From the NCBI GenBank assembly GCA_040753015.1, contig JBFMHM010000001.1, forward strand, positions 147,157-211,156: a DNA stretch of 64,000 nucleotides, read 5' to 3'. Origin of the DNA: Candidatus Omnitrophota bacterium (lineage in GTDB: Bacteria; Omnitrophota; Gorgyraeia; Gygaellales; JBFMHM01). The position numbers and the translations under genes were made by a program. Under the pieces are notes generated by a model. That model had not been told where the DNA came from and did not search any database. It was given only the letters and a program-made list of their open reading frames with translations. Positions 8,905 to 17,294 of the stretch are shown piece after piece. Within the stretch, counting starts at the first letter, position 1, and each line of letters opens with the position of its first letter.

Positions 8905-9995
8905 ATTGTTTTATTTGATACCCCTGCGCTATCAAATGTTGCCATTTGTGTTAAAATTTTTAATGCCGCCTCAGCTAAATTTATACCTAAGGCTGCGCCT
9001 GTGCCCTCACCAAGCCGTAAATCTAAATTTAAAAGCGGTCTTAAGCCAATATGCTCTAATATAATTTTATGCCCTCTTTCAACAGAACAATGCGAAGCAA
9101 TCATATAATCTTTTACTTTCGGTTCTAATTTATAAGCAATTAATGCTGCCGAACCTGAGATAAAGCCGTCAATTAATACCGGCACTTTATGTAAGGCCGC
9201 TGCAAAGATAATCCCTACTAATCCACCAATTTCAAAACCACCAACCTTAGATAACACATCTATTGCATCATCTGGATTTGGTTTATTTATTTCAAGCGCT
9301 TTTTTAATAATTTCAATTTTATTTTTTAAACCTCTATCGTCAATACCTGTGCCGCGGCCTGTAATATCTTCGACGCTAGCACCAGTAAAACATGCGGTTA
9401 TAGCGCTTGCTGATGTAGTATTACCAATACCCATCTCACCTATGCCAATAATATCTATGCCGTTTTTTAACTCATCTTCAAATATCTCAATCCCACACTC
9501 AATAGATTTAATTGCTTCCTCTTTAGTCATTGCCGGGCCTATTGCCATATTCTTTGTGCCTAAATTTATTTTTTTTAATATAAATTTGGTCATTGGGATT
9601 TGGGATTTGCTTGGAATTTGGTCATTGGGATTTGGGATTTGTTCTGCCACTCCCATATCAACCACTACAACTCTCGCACCAATATGATTAGCTAGCACAT
9701 TAATTCCTGCCCCACCATTCAAAAAATTATAAACCATCTGCGCTGTAACTTCTTTTGGGTAAGCGCTAACCCCTTCTTCTGTAACGCCATGATCACCTGC
9801 TAAAGTAAAGATAACTTTATTTTTTAATTCCGGGTTTCCTTTCTCGGTTATTCCGACGATTTGTTTTGCCAAATCTTCTAAAACCCCTAAGCTGCCTAAC
9901 GGTTTAGTAAGATTATTTAGCTTGTTTTGAGCCTTATTGATAAAATTATAATCAATGCCTACAATGTTTTGAATTATTTCTTCGATTTTGCCCAT
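8901..9995 (-). CDS. cobT: nicotinate-nucleotide--dimethylbenzimidazole phosphoribosyltransferase
   Basis: 364 aa. Motifs LGSLGVLEDLA, AGDHGV and GEMGIGNTT. Contains a low-complexity insert encoded by a TGGGATTT-type tandem repeat. Confidence 0.85.
   Translation of the reverse strand: MGKIEEIIQNIVGIDYNFINKAQNKLNNLTKPLGSLGVLEDLAKQIVGITEKGNPELKNKVIFTLAGDHGVTEEGVSAYPKEVTAQMVYNFLNGGAGINVLANHIGARVVVVDMGVAEQIPNPNDQIPSKSQIPMTKFILKKINLGTKNMAIGPAMTKEEAIKSIECGIEIFEDELKNGIDIIGIGEMGIGNTTSASAITACFTGASVEDITGRGTGIDDRGLKNKIEIIKKALEINKPNPDDAIDVLSKVGGFEIGGLVGIIFAAALHKVPVLIDGFISGSAALIAYKLEPKVKDYMIASHCSVERGHKIILEHIGLRPLLNLDLRLGEGTGAALGINLAEAALKILTQMATFDSAGVSNKTI
9588..9641. repeat. tandem direct repeat of ggtcattgggatttgggatttg (2 copies plus degenerate TGGGATTT units) inside cobT
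   Basis: Direct reading: copies at 9588..9609 and 9620..9641. On the coding strand they encode QIPNPNDQIPSKSQIPMTK. Confidence 0.8.
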
Positions 9996-10007
9996 ATTAC
10001 CCCTTTA

Positions 10008-11348
10008 CTATTTTTTAACCGCGCCAAGATTATAATTATATTTAAAACTATTAGAAGATTCATCCCTAAGAAGATATTTAACTTTATCTTCGGCTATTAA
10101 TTTAAAGGCATAGCGAATAATTTCTTTATAAAAATCGCAAAATACTGCCTTCTGATGCATATTTCCAAATGAATGTAATTCTGCAGGGCAAGGTGCGCCA
10201 CAAATATTTCTAAAATTACAAATATCACATTCTTTAATTCTTTCTACAACTCTTGACCTAATCCGCTTAAATGGCTTAGACTCCATTGCCGTATTAACTG
10301 ATGTTTTAAAAATATTGCCTCCAGAAAAACCCTTAAGTCCGATAAATTCCCCACAGGGAATCATGTTGCCGCTTGCCGTAATCGTAAAAAAACACCTACC
10401 CCCGCCACAAGGAGAAATATCACACATTAATCTACGAGCAACTGGTGCAATTATTGCCAGTATCGTGTTAGAAAAATTACCAATAATAATTTTATGCTTT
10501 GAATTTATTGATAGATTAATCGCAGTATCAACTGCTTTTTTAAAATATTTGGCCATAATTTTATCTTGTGGTTTTAGAGCGCGCATAGATACTTTTGTAA
10601 ATCTAACTGGATTCATTAAAACACATGGCACTTTTTTTGTATGTAAAAATTTTACTATGCGCGGCAAATCCTCTACATTAAATTTTGTAACTGTTGTAAT
10701 AACGTTAAGCCCCTTATACCCATCAAACCATTCTATAGCCCTAACAGCATTAGCAAAATTGCCGCCTACTTGTACAGCTGGCCTTAATCGATTATTCCGA
10801 GAAAGAGAATATGAGTCTAAAGATATTCCCACGCCAACTTTATGCTTCTTTAAGAATTCAACATCCTTTTTCTCAAGCAAAATGGCATTAGTTTGAAGCC
10901 CAAATTTAAAAATCTTATTATATTTAATTATTGCATAAAATATTATTTCCTTAACCAGCAAAGGCTCGCTAGCGTGGAATATGATAACTTGTTTTCTTTT
11001 ATTATTTTGAAAATGTTTTGCAAGCTTATTAAGAATAAAATCGAGTTCTCCTCTAGTCATTGAGCGGCCGTTTTTTCTAATATGATGCGGAACATAACAA
11101 TAAGAACAATTTGCATTGCACTTATCAGTAGGATCTACATAGATAGCAGTCAAGCCTTGACTAAACCTAAAATCATTAATTTCCTTGCTTATCTTGTCTT
11201 TGATTTTCTCATAGAGAGTAAGCACATCTCTAGATATAAATAATCCCGCCTTATCTTTATTGTACGTAACTGCCCAAAAAATATTATCAGGATCTAGTAA
11301 AATGCTATTATGACTGTTGCTGTCAATACTTAAGCCCTGCTTATTCAT
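10008..11348 (-). CDS. radical SAM enzyme with C-terminal SPASM domain and N-terminal RRE-like region (peptide-modifying-type maturase)
   Basis: CxxxCxxC motif CNANCSYC after a ~75-aa N-terminal domain. C-terminal Cys cluster CDISPCGGGRC...PCGEF...CDICNFRNICGAPCP is typical of SPASM. Preferred start is ATG at 11348 (MNKQ), with GGAG 6 nt upstream. The ORF track extends it to 11384. Confidence 0.75.
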   Translation of the reverse strand: MNKQGLSIDSNSHNSILLDPDNIFWAVTYNKDKAGLFISRDVLTLYEKIKDKISKEINDFRFSQGLTAIYVDPTDKCNANCSYCYVPHHIRKNGRSMTRGELDFILNKLAKHFQNNKRKQVIIFHASEPLLVKEIIFYAIIKYNKIFKFGLQTNAILLEKKDVEFLKKHKVGVGISLDSYSLSRNNRLRPAVQVGGNFANAVRAIEWFDGYKGLNVITTVTKFNVEDLPRIVKFLHTKKVPCVLMNPVRFTKVSMRALKPQDKIMAKYFKKAVDTAINLSINSKHKIIIGNFSNTILAIIAPVARRLMCDISPCGGGRCFFTITASGNMIPCGEFIGLKGFSGGNIFKTSVNTAMESKPFKRIRSRVVERIKECDICNFRNICGAPCPAELHSFGNMHQKAVFCDFYKEIIRYAFKLIAEDKVKYLLRDESSNSFKYNYNLGAVKK

Positions 11349-11374
11349 TATATCTCCTGCCATATGCGGGCACG

Positions 11375-11398
11375 CCGGCGCCATACCTTTAGCGCCGG
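11375..11398 (-). other. GC-rich hairpin (7-bp stem CCGGCGC/GCGCCGG, 10-nt loop) between the small peptide gene and the radical SAM gene
   Basis: Inverted repeat read directly. No T-run follows it. It is the only GC-rich element in an AT-rich operon. Confidence 0.5.
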
Positions 11399-11415
11399 GT
11401 GTAATTTATTTAAAA

Positions 11416-11580
11416 TTATAATACTGTTTTTTCTTTCGGAACATCTCCATACATTACAAAATGAGATAACCCATTAGCTGTTTTAGCGCACTTTAAACGA
11501 TAAGACATGCTCTCTGCCTTACCTTTGCTTTTCATTGTGCTACTGTTTCTACTACAAGCTTTACTCTTTGACTTATTCAT
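11416..11580 (-). CDS. small basic 54-aa peptide, candidate substrate or precursor of the adjacent radical SAM/SPASM enzyme
   Basis: Absent from the ORF track because it is shorter than 60 aa. ATG at 11580 is preceded by a perfect AGGAGGTGA Shine-Dalgarno embedded in the last codons of cobU. Translation: MNKSKSKACSRNSSTMKSKGKAESMSYRLKCAKTANGLSHFVMYGDVPKEKTVL. TAA stop at 11416..11418. Confidence 0.55.
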   Translation of the reverse strand: MNKSKSKACSRNSSTMKSKGKAESMSYRLKCAKTANGLSHFVMYGDVPKEKTVL

Positions 11581-11582
11581 AA

Positions 11583-12113
11583 CTAATCACCTCCTAGCAT
11601 TTTTAAAGGTATTCCTGAAACCATAAAATATGCTTCACTTGCCTCTTTTGCAACAATTTGATTAACGCGTCCGGCAATATCGCGAAAATCTCGTGCTAGT
11701 TTATTTTGCGGAACAATTCCTAAACCAACCTCATTCGAAACAAACACACAATCGCTTCTATTTTTTCCAACAATTTTCAAAATACTTCTTACCTGATTTT
11801 CAATATCTTTTTCCCTAGTATTGGCTAAAAATAAATTGCATACAAACAACGTCAAGCAATCAACAATTATTAAATCAAGCTTGGGTGTTATTCTTTTAAA
11901 TAACGCGGATACATCTTTCGTTTCTTCAAAAGTTTGCCAATGGCTTGGGCGTGATTTTTTATGAATAGCAATACGCTTTTCCATTTCTTTATCCAAACCC
12001 TCAGCCGTTGCCACAAAAGCAACATTTTTATATTTTTTAGCAAGGCTTAAGGCATAAGTACTTTTTCCGCTTCTTGCTCCACCTAAAATAAAAGTGATTT
12101 TCCCCACAAGCAC
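11583..12113 (-). CDS. cobU: bifunctional adenosylcobinamide kinase / adenosylcobinamide-phosphate guanylyltransferase
   Basis: 176 aa with P-loop GGARSGKST. Size and cobalamin context fit CobU/CobP. Confidence 0.8.
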   Translation of the reverse strand: MLVGKITFILGGARSGKSTYALSLAKKYKNVAFVATAEGLDKEMEKRIAIHKKSRPSHWQTFEETKDVSALFKRITPKLDLIIVDCLTLFVCNLFLANTREKDIENQVRSILKIVGKNRSDCVFVSNEVGLGIVPQNKLARDFRDIAGRVNQIVAKEASEAYFMVSGIPLKMLGGD

Positions 12114-12126
12114 CTCAAAATAAAAT

Positions 12127-12762
12127 TTAGCGATATCCCGCCAAAGGCGGGATCAAATGTGAAACATCATTAAATAAATTTATTTTTATTTTTTTATTTT
12201 TATGTTCCACAATGCTTAAGCTTGCTGATTTTGGAATTGTATTCCAAAAATCGCGCGTTTTTAAAAGGTGGTTAAGAAATACACTAATTACACCACCATG
12301 CGTAACAATAGCAACAGTTTTTCCGCCCGAGGCGGATCCGCCTTTGGCGGAATTCATTATTTTTTTAATCGCCCTTATTACTCTTTTTTTAAGATCGCTT
12401 AAACTTTCTCCTTTGGGCACTGTTATCTTATAAGGGTTTTTAAGCCATCTCTTATAGATTACAGGATACTTCTGCAAAATCTCTTTATAGGTTAACCCTT
12501 CAAACACACCGAAATGTATTTCTCGTAAATCACTAATCTTTTCAATTTCCCTATTCTTGAATAATATTTTTGCAGTTTGGATAGCGCGCTTTCTGTCGCT
12601 TGCATAAATTTTATGAATTTTTTCTTTTTCTAATTTTTTTACTAATCCGCGAGCTTGCTGTTTACCAGTTTTATTCAACCCAACATCAGCAAAACCGCTA
12701 TAGCGCTTTTTAAGGTTATAATTTGTCTGCCCATGCCTAATTAACAATAATTTCACTGCCAT
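12127..12762 (-). CDS. cobC: histidine-phosphatase family protein, likely alpha-ribazole phosphatase
   Basis: RHGQT motif near the N-terminus. Assignment to CobC rests on the cobamide gene context. Confidence 0.65.
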   Translation of the reverse strand: MAVKLLLIRHGQTNYNLKKRYSGFADVGLNKTGKQQARGLVKKLEKEKIHKIYASDRKRAIQTAKILFKNREIEKISDLREIHFGVFEGLTYKEILQKYPVIYKRWLKNPYKITVPKGESLSDLKKRVIRAIKKIMNSAKGGSASGGKTVAIVTHGGVISVFLNHLLKTRDFWNTIPKSASLSIVEHKNKKIKINLFNDVSHLIPPLAGYR

Positions 12763-13550
12763 TATCTTTCTTTTCCAGATAAAAATACATATGGTTTTGC
12801 GCTAAAAGGATGCTTATTAACCACAACAACAGTCTTATATACCGCTTCAATATTTTGATAGGTTAACACTTCTTCGGCTGTGCCCTCTTTAAAAATTTTC
12901 CCTTCATTTAACAAAATTATGCGGTTGCAATAAAGACTGGCTAAATTCAAATCATGCAAAATTAAAACAATCGTAAGGTTGTTTTCTTTGTTTAACTTCT
13001 TTAGAAGATTTAGTATCTGTATTTGATGGCCAATATCTAAATGCGAAGTTGGTTCGTCTAAAAATAATAATTGCGGGCATTGTGCCAATGCCTTAGAAAT
13101 AAAAACTCTTTGCCTTTCCCCCGAGCTAAGTTCATCAATCATCTTGTGGCGCAACATCAACGAACCTGTTAACGAAAGCGAGTCTTGAGCTACCTCAATA
13201 TCATCTTTACTTTCAAATTCAAACCTCTTCATATGCGGGATACGGCCTAAAAGAACAAACTCTAAAACAGTAAAAGGAAAATTTAGTTCTGTGTTTTGCA
13301 GACAATATGCAGTTTTTTGGCAAAATTCTTTTAGTGCCATCTTAAAAATATTTTTTGAATCAAAATTTATCGTGCCTGTTTTGGGAATTAATACACGGCT
13401 AAGCAACCTAAACAACGTTGTTTTACCAGAGCCGTTTGGGCCAATAATGCCAAGAAAATCACCACTTCTTATCTTAAATGATATATCCTTAATAATTAAA
13501 CCTTTATCATAACCACCGCTTAAATTATTTACTTCTAATAAAACACTCAT
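12762..13550 (-). CDS. btuD: ABC transporter ATP-binding protein (cobalamin/iron-siderophore type)
   Basis: Walker A GPNGSGKTT, signature LSSGERQR and Walker B LLFLDEP. Confidence 0.8.
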   Translation of the reverse strand: MSVLLEVNNLSGGYDKGLIIKDISFKIRSGDFLGIIGPNGSGKTTLFRLLSRVLIPKTGTINFDSKNIFKMALKEFCQKTAYCLQNTELNFPFTVLEFVLLGRIPHMKRFEFESKDDIEVAQDSLSLTGSLMLRHKMIDELSSGERQRVFISKALAQCPQLLFLDEPTSHLDIGHQIQILNLLKKLNKENNLTIVLILHDLNLASLYCNRIILLNEGKIFKEGTAEEVLTYQNIEAVYKTVVVVNKHPFSAKPYVFLSGKER

Positions 13551-14515
13551 TATTTAACCAATTGCCTTCTTTTTAACAATAATATAAAAACCGGAGCGCC
13601 AAAAATTGCTGTAATCACTCCAATAGGAATTTCTAATGGTTGAAACGCGGTGCGTGAAACAACATCACAAATAACCATAAATATTGCTGCAGAAACCGCA
13701 CTTAAAGGAATCAACATTCTGTGATTTATTCCAATGGCTAAACGCACCATATGGGGAATCATTAACCCAACAAAACCAATTATCCCACAAATACAAACAA
13801 GGCTTGCGGTAATCAGAGAACAAACAACAATCAAAATCTTTTTTACTCTTTCTATATTTATTCCTAAATGAATTGCATCTTCCTCACCTAGAGAAATTGC
13901 ATTTAAATCTTGCCAAAATGCATAAACCACTCCACTTCCTATAAGCACAATAAAAGAAACGAGAATTACTAACTTAAAGTCATAAACACTAAAACTGCCC
14001 CATAGCCACCAAGTTAATTCGTGCAATGACTGATTTCCTGATATTGAAACCAAAAAAACAATAACTGCAGAAATTGCAACAGAAACAATTACCCCGGAAA
14101 GTATTAATGATTGTTCGTTAATTTTATTACCTTGCGTTGCAATTGCGCACACAAAAATAACCGTTAATATTGCCCCTATAAATGCAAATAAAGGCATATA
14201 TAGGCCAGATAATCCTAGCATTATTGCAATTATTGCCCCTAGCCCTGCGCCGCTTGATGTACCTAAAAGATATGGCTCGGCTAAAGGATTACGTAGAATC
14301 ACCTGCAAAACGATGCCAGAAACCGAAAGGCCAATCCCGCTAATTATTGCAACTATAACGCGCCAAATCCTCAAATTTAGAATTGCAGAATTTTGCGCAA
14401 AAAACAATTCTTTTACTCCAAGATTTACTGAACCTTTAAAGATTGCAATAAGAATACTGACTATCAGAATAGAAATTAATACCAAAATTAAATTTCTAAA
14501 ATATTTATTCGCCAT
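13550..14515 (-). CDS. btuC: FecCD/BtuC-family ABC permease
   Basis: 321 aa polytopic membrane protein of the FecCD type. Lies between the ATPase and the binding protein. Confidence 0.8.
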   Translation of the reverse strand: MANKYFRNLILVLISILIVSILIAIFKGSVNLGVKELFFAQNSAILNLRIWRVIVAIISGIGLSVSGIVLQVILRNPLAEPYLLGTSSGAGLGAIIAIMLGLSGLYMPLFAFIGAILTVIFVCAIATQGNKINEQSLILSGVIVSVAISAVIVFLVSISGNQSLHELTWWLWGSFSVYDFKLVILVSFIVLIGSGVVYAFWQDLNAISLGEEDAIHLGINIERVKKILIVVCSLITASLVCICGIIGFVGLMIPHMVRLAIGINHRMLIPLSAVSAAIFMVICDVVSRTAFQPLEIPIGVITAIFGAPVFILLLKRRQLVK

Positions 14516-15344
14516 ATAGCTTATTGTGTAACTTTTTTAAACCCTGCACTATGCGCGGCCCTGGGCGCAAAAGTACGTCGGGATTAATATCGTTATAAAT
14601 TTGACTATTTTTTACCGCATTGATCTTACCCCAGCCAATTCTTTTAGCTACAACCTCTTTATCACTTTTACTTGCCATATAAGCAAGAATAATGCAATCG
14701 GGATTTTGCGCAATCACCTGCTCGGAGCTATAAATGCTATATGGCCGCTTTGTATTTTTAGCAATATTTATTCCACCCGATAAGGTAATTAATTCATCTA
14801 CAAAAGAAGCTTCTCCGGCGGTAGTTAAAGGATCATGCCAAATTTCAATAAATACTTTTTTTCTCTTATCCAAAGGCAATAATCTAACTTTTTTGGCTAC
14901 ATCGTTTATATTATTTTCTATATCATCAATCAATTGCCTTGCAACTTGCCCTGTATTGGTAATTTCACCAATATCAGAAATTGTCCTAAGCAGCTCGCTA
15001 AAAGACTTTGGGTCTGCTACATAAACTTTAATATTAAGCCGTTTTAGCTCTTCTACAACTATAGACTGCTCTAACCCGGTGCAAAAAACATAATCTGGCT
15101 TTAAAAATATTATTTTTTCAATATTAGGCTGGCTAAAACTTCCAACCTTCTCTTTACCGCTAACTTCTTTTGGGTAATTGCAGAAACTGCTAACTCCAAC
15201 AATTTCTTTTTCAAGCCCTAAACTAAATAAAATTTCTGTTGTTGAAGGAGCCAAAGAAATATAGCGGCTACAAAATGCATCATTTGTAAAAATAGATGTA
15301 AATAAAATTATAAGTAATAGTTTCTTCATATTTATATCCGCCAT
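14505..15344 (-). CDS. btuF: periplasmic cobalamin-binding protein (ABC substrate-binding, BtuF-like)
   Basis: Signal peptide and class III periplasmic binding protein features (SLAPSTTEILFSLGLEKEIVGVS). First gene after the riboswitch. Confidence 0.75.
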   Translation of the reverse strand: MADINMKKLLLIILFTSIFTNDAFCSRYISLAPSTTEILFSLGLEKEIVGVSSFCNYPKEVSGKEKVGSFSQPNIEKIIFLKPDYVFCTGLEQSIVVEELKRLNIKVYVADPKSFSELLRTISDIGEITNTGQVARQLIDDIENNINDVAKKVRLLPLDKRKKVFIEIWHDPLTTAGEASFVDELITLSGGINIAKNTKRPYSIYSSEQVIAQNPDCIILAYMASKSDKEVVAKRIGWGKINAVKNSQIYNDINPDVLLRPGPRIVQGLKKLHNKLYGE

Positions 15345-15379
15345 AAAATATTTGGCGGGATTATTTATCCGCTGCGAAT

Positions 15380-15409
15380 AAATAAAAAACCCCGACGAAT
15401 TGGTCGGGG
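15380..15409 (-). terminator. intrinsic terminator / riboswitch expression-platform attenuator (CCCCGAC-loop-GTCGGGG followed by a T-run on the minus strand)
   Basis: Stem 15390..15396 with 15403..15409 and loop gaattg. The minus strand then reads TTTTTTATTTATT. Confidence 0.65.
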
Positions 15410-15600
15410 TTGCGCCCTTTTTAGCTTCTTGGCCCTTTCCACGAGGTAAAACTTATAGATTAAAAGGTATTCTGACTTATGGCCTAAACCTAATTACTTT
15501 TGCCTTCCCGACTCAAAACTTCAGAGCAGTGGCTTTATTAAGCTTTCGTAGCCAATTACAGCAGCGGGACTGTGGCTGAATTTCACAGCCTTCCCCTTAA
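15410..15600 (-). promoter_or_regulatory. cobalamin (B12) riboswitch 5' of the btuF-cobS operon
   Basis: Minus strand carries AAGGGGAAGGCTGTGAAATTCAGCC...CCCGCTGCTGTAA and a B12 box AAAGCCACTGCTCTGAAG (15519..15533). It is followed by the terminator hairpin. Confidence 0.7.
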
Positions 15601-15640
15601 ACCTATATTACAAATTTTACTTATTATAATACAGCTTCTA

Positions 15641-16144
15641 TTAAAACTCAATACCTTTTCTTGCCTTAATACCTTTTTTATAGTAGTGTTTTATTTCTTT
15701 AATCTCGCTAACTAAATCTGCCAATCTAATGAGCTCCTTAGGTGCATTCCTACCGGTAAGAATAATTTCCTTATTCTTGGAAGCGCTCTTAATGCTATTT
15801 AAAAAATCTGCAAGATTTATCATCTTTAAATCTAGGACAATATTTGCTTCATCAAGAATAATTACATCATAAAATTTTTCTGATATAATTTTTTTAATTT
15901 TAGCAAAACCTTTACTGACTAACTTCATCTCTTTTTCTGAGGGTGTTTGCCTTATAAAACAACCAAGCCCAAATTGCTCAATTTCTATATTCTTTAGTGT
16001 TTTAATGGTTTTTATCTCGCAAAAAGAGCCATTCTTAATAAACTGGGCAACATAAACTCTTAGACCTGCGCCCAGCGCTCTTAAAGCAAGTCCAAAAGCT
16101 GCGGTAGTTTTTCCCTTACCTTCTCCTGTATAGACCTGAATCAT
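15641..16144 (-). CDS. cobA: cob(I)yrinic acid a,c-diamide adenosyltransferase
   Basis: N-terminus YTGEGKGKTTAAFGLALRALG is characteristic of CobA/BtuR. 167 aa. Confidence 0.8.
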   Translation of the reverse strand: MIQVYTGEGKGKTTAAFGLALRALGAGLRVYVAQFIKNGSFCEIKTIKTLKNIEIEQFGLGCFIRQTPSEKEMKLVSKGFAKIKKIISEKFYDVIILDEANIVLDLKMINLADFLNSIKSASKNKEIILTGRNAPKELIRLADLVSEIKEIKHYYKKGIKARKGIEF

Positions 16145-16605
16145 TTCGCTAGATGGTTATATGTTAAAATGCCAAAATAAGTTAACAAACTAACTATAGT
16201 TGCTGCAATAATAACACCAAGGACAATTGCCCAAAAGGCATAGCGAAACCTAATTTTAAATAAGCTTGCAATTATTGCCCCAGTCCAAGCACCTGTCATC
16301 GGAAGAGGCACAGCAACAAATAACGCAAGGCCAATTGCTTCATACTTTTCAATTAATTCTGCTTTATCTTTTGCGCGCTTAAACAACCAATCAAAGAACT
16401 TTTTTAAAATAGGAATTTTTCGTAATTTTTCTGAAACAGGCCTCAAGAATAAAAGCAGCGGAATAATCGGGATCATATTACCTAAAATAGACAATAATGT
16501 TGTTTTAATTAATGGCACCCCTTTTATTACACCCAAGGGGATTGCTCCTCTTAGCTCTGAAACAGGCAAACTTGCAGTTAAAATTACTAATAGTTCATTA
16601 CTCAT
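16141..16605 (-). CDS. small polytopic membrane protein (COG2426-like, putative small multidrug-export family)
   Basis: 154 aa, four TM segments, motif ELRGAIPLG. Confidence 0.4.
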   Translation of the reverse strand: MSNELLVILTASLPVSELRGAIPLGVIKGVPLIKTTLLSILGNMIPIIPLLLFLRPVSEKLRKIPILKKFFDWLFKRAKDKAELIEKYEAIGLALFVAVPLPMTGAWTGAIIASLFKIRFRYAFWAIVLGVIIAATIVSLLTYFGILTYNHLAK

Positions 16606-17294
16606 TATTTCCTTTCAATAAGCATTTTATGAAGCATAAAACGAGCGAATCGAAATGCATCAATTATGGGATTAATTTTGCTAAGCGAACCAGTATAAAT
16701 TGTATCAATTGGGCAGCTGCCTATTTTAAAACCTTTGCGATGCGTTTGAATAATAATCTCTGAATCAATCTGAAAATTCTTACTTTTTAAATAGATAACC
16801 TCTAATACTCTCTTCTTAATCAATCTAAAGCCGCACTGAGAATCTGGAATATGCTGACGACAGACAAATGACACAAAAAAAGACATAATATTATTTGTAA
16901 GCCAGCGCTCAAGCGGCATGCCCTTTGGCTTATGCATTCTGTTTCCAATAATCAAATCGGCATGGGAATTATTTAATTCTCTGATAAAATTTTTAATATT
17001 TGATGGAGCATGCTGGCCATCACCATCCATAATTATAATAATATCATAACTATGTTTTAGAACATAGGCAAATCCCCGTCTTAAACTCATGCCCTTACCT
17101 TGATTTATCTCTGTTTTTAATACCACAGCTCCTGCTTCCTCGGCAAGACTTACTGTGCTATCAATAGAGCCATCATCTATCACTACAGTATCAAACCCAA
17201 GCTCTTTTATTTCTTTAACTAATGGCCCAATAATCTTTGCTTCGTTATATGTTGGTATTAGAACACAAATTCCCATATGTTTTCTCTCTCCCAA
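16605..17294 (-). CDS. family-2 glycosyltransferase (polyprenyl-phosphate sugar transferase-like)
   Basis: Motifs VLIPTYNE and DGDGQH. A more likely start is ATG at 17276 (MGICV), with GGGAGAGAG upstream. Confidence 0.75.
   Translation of the reverse strand: MGERKHMGICVLIPTYNEAKIIGPLVKEIKELGFDTVVIDDGSIDSTVSLAEEAGAVVLKTEINQGKGMSLRRGFAYVLKHSYDIIIIMDGDGQHAPSNIKNFIRELNNSHADLIIGNRMHKPKGMPLERWLTNNIMSFFVSFVCRQHIPDSQCGFRLIKKRVLEVIYLKSKNFQIDSEIIIQTHRKGFKIGSCPIDTIYTGSLSKINPIIDAFRFARFMLHKMLIERK

Noticed and set aside
9588-9641. Short tandem repeats considered as a possible CRISPR array
   Set aside because: Only two perfect units. They sit inside the cobT coding frame, have no unique spacers and have no cas genes nearby.
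10315-10896. 193-aa plus-strand ORF
   Set aside because: Lies antisense within the radical SAM gene and translates to low-complexity sequence.
11349-11384. Upstream in-frame start proposed by the ORF track for the radical SAM gene
   Set aside because: The GGAG-supported ATG at 11348 (MNKQ) is better. The extension would overlap the hairpin and the peptide-gene terminus.
15385-15420. Hairpin considered as a plus-strand terminator
   Set aside because: The T-run follows the stem only on the minus strand, and no plus-strand gene ends here. Assigned instead as the minus-strand riboswitch attenuator.
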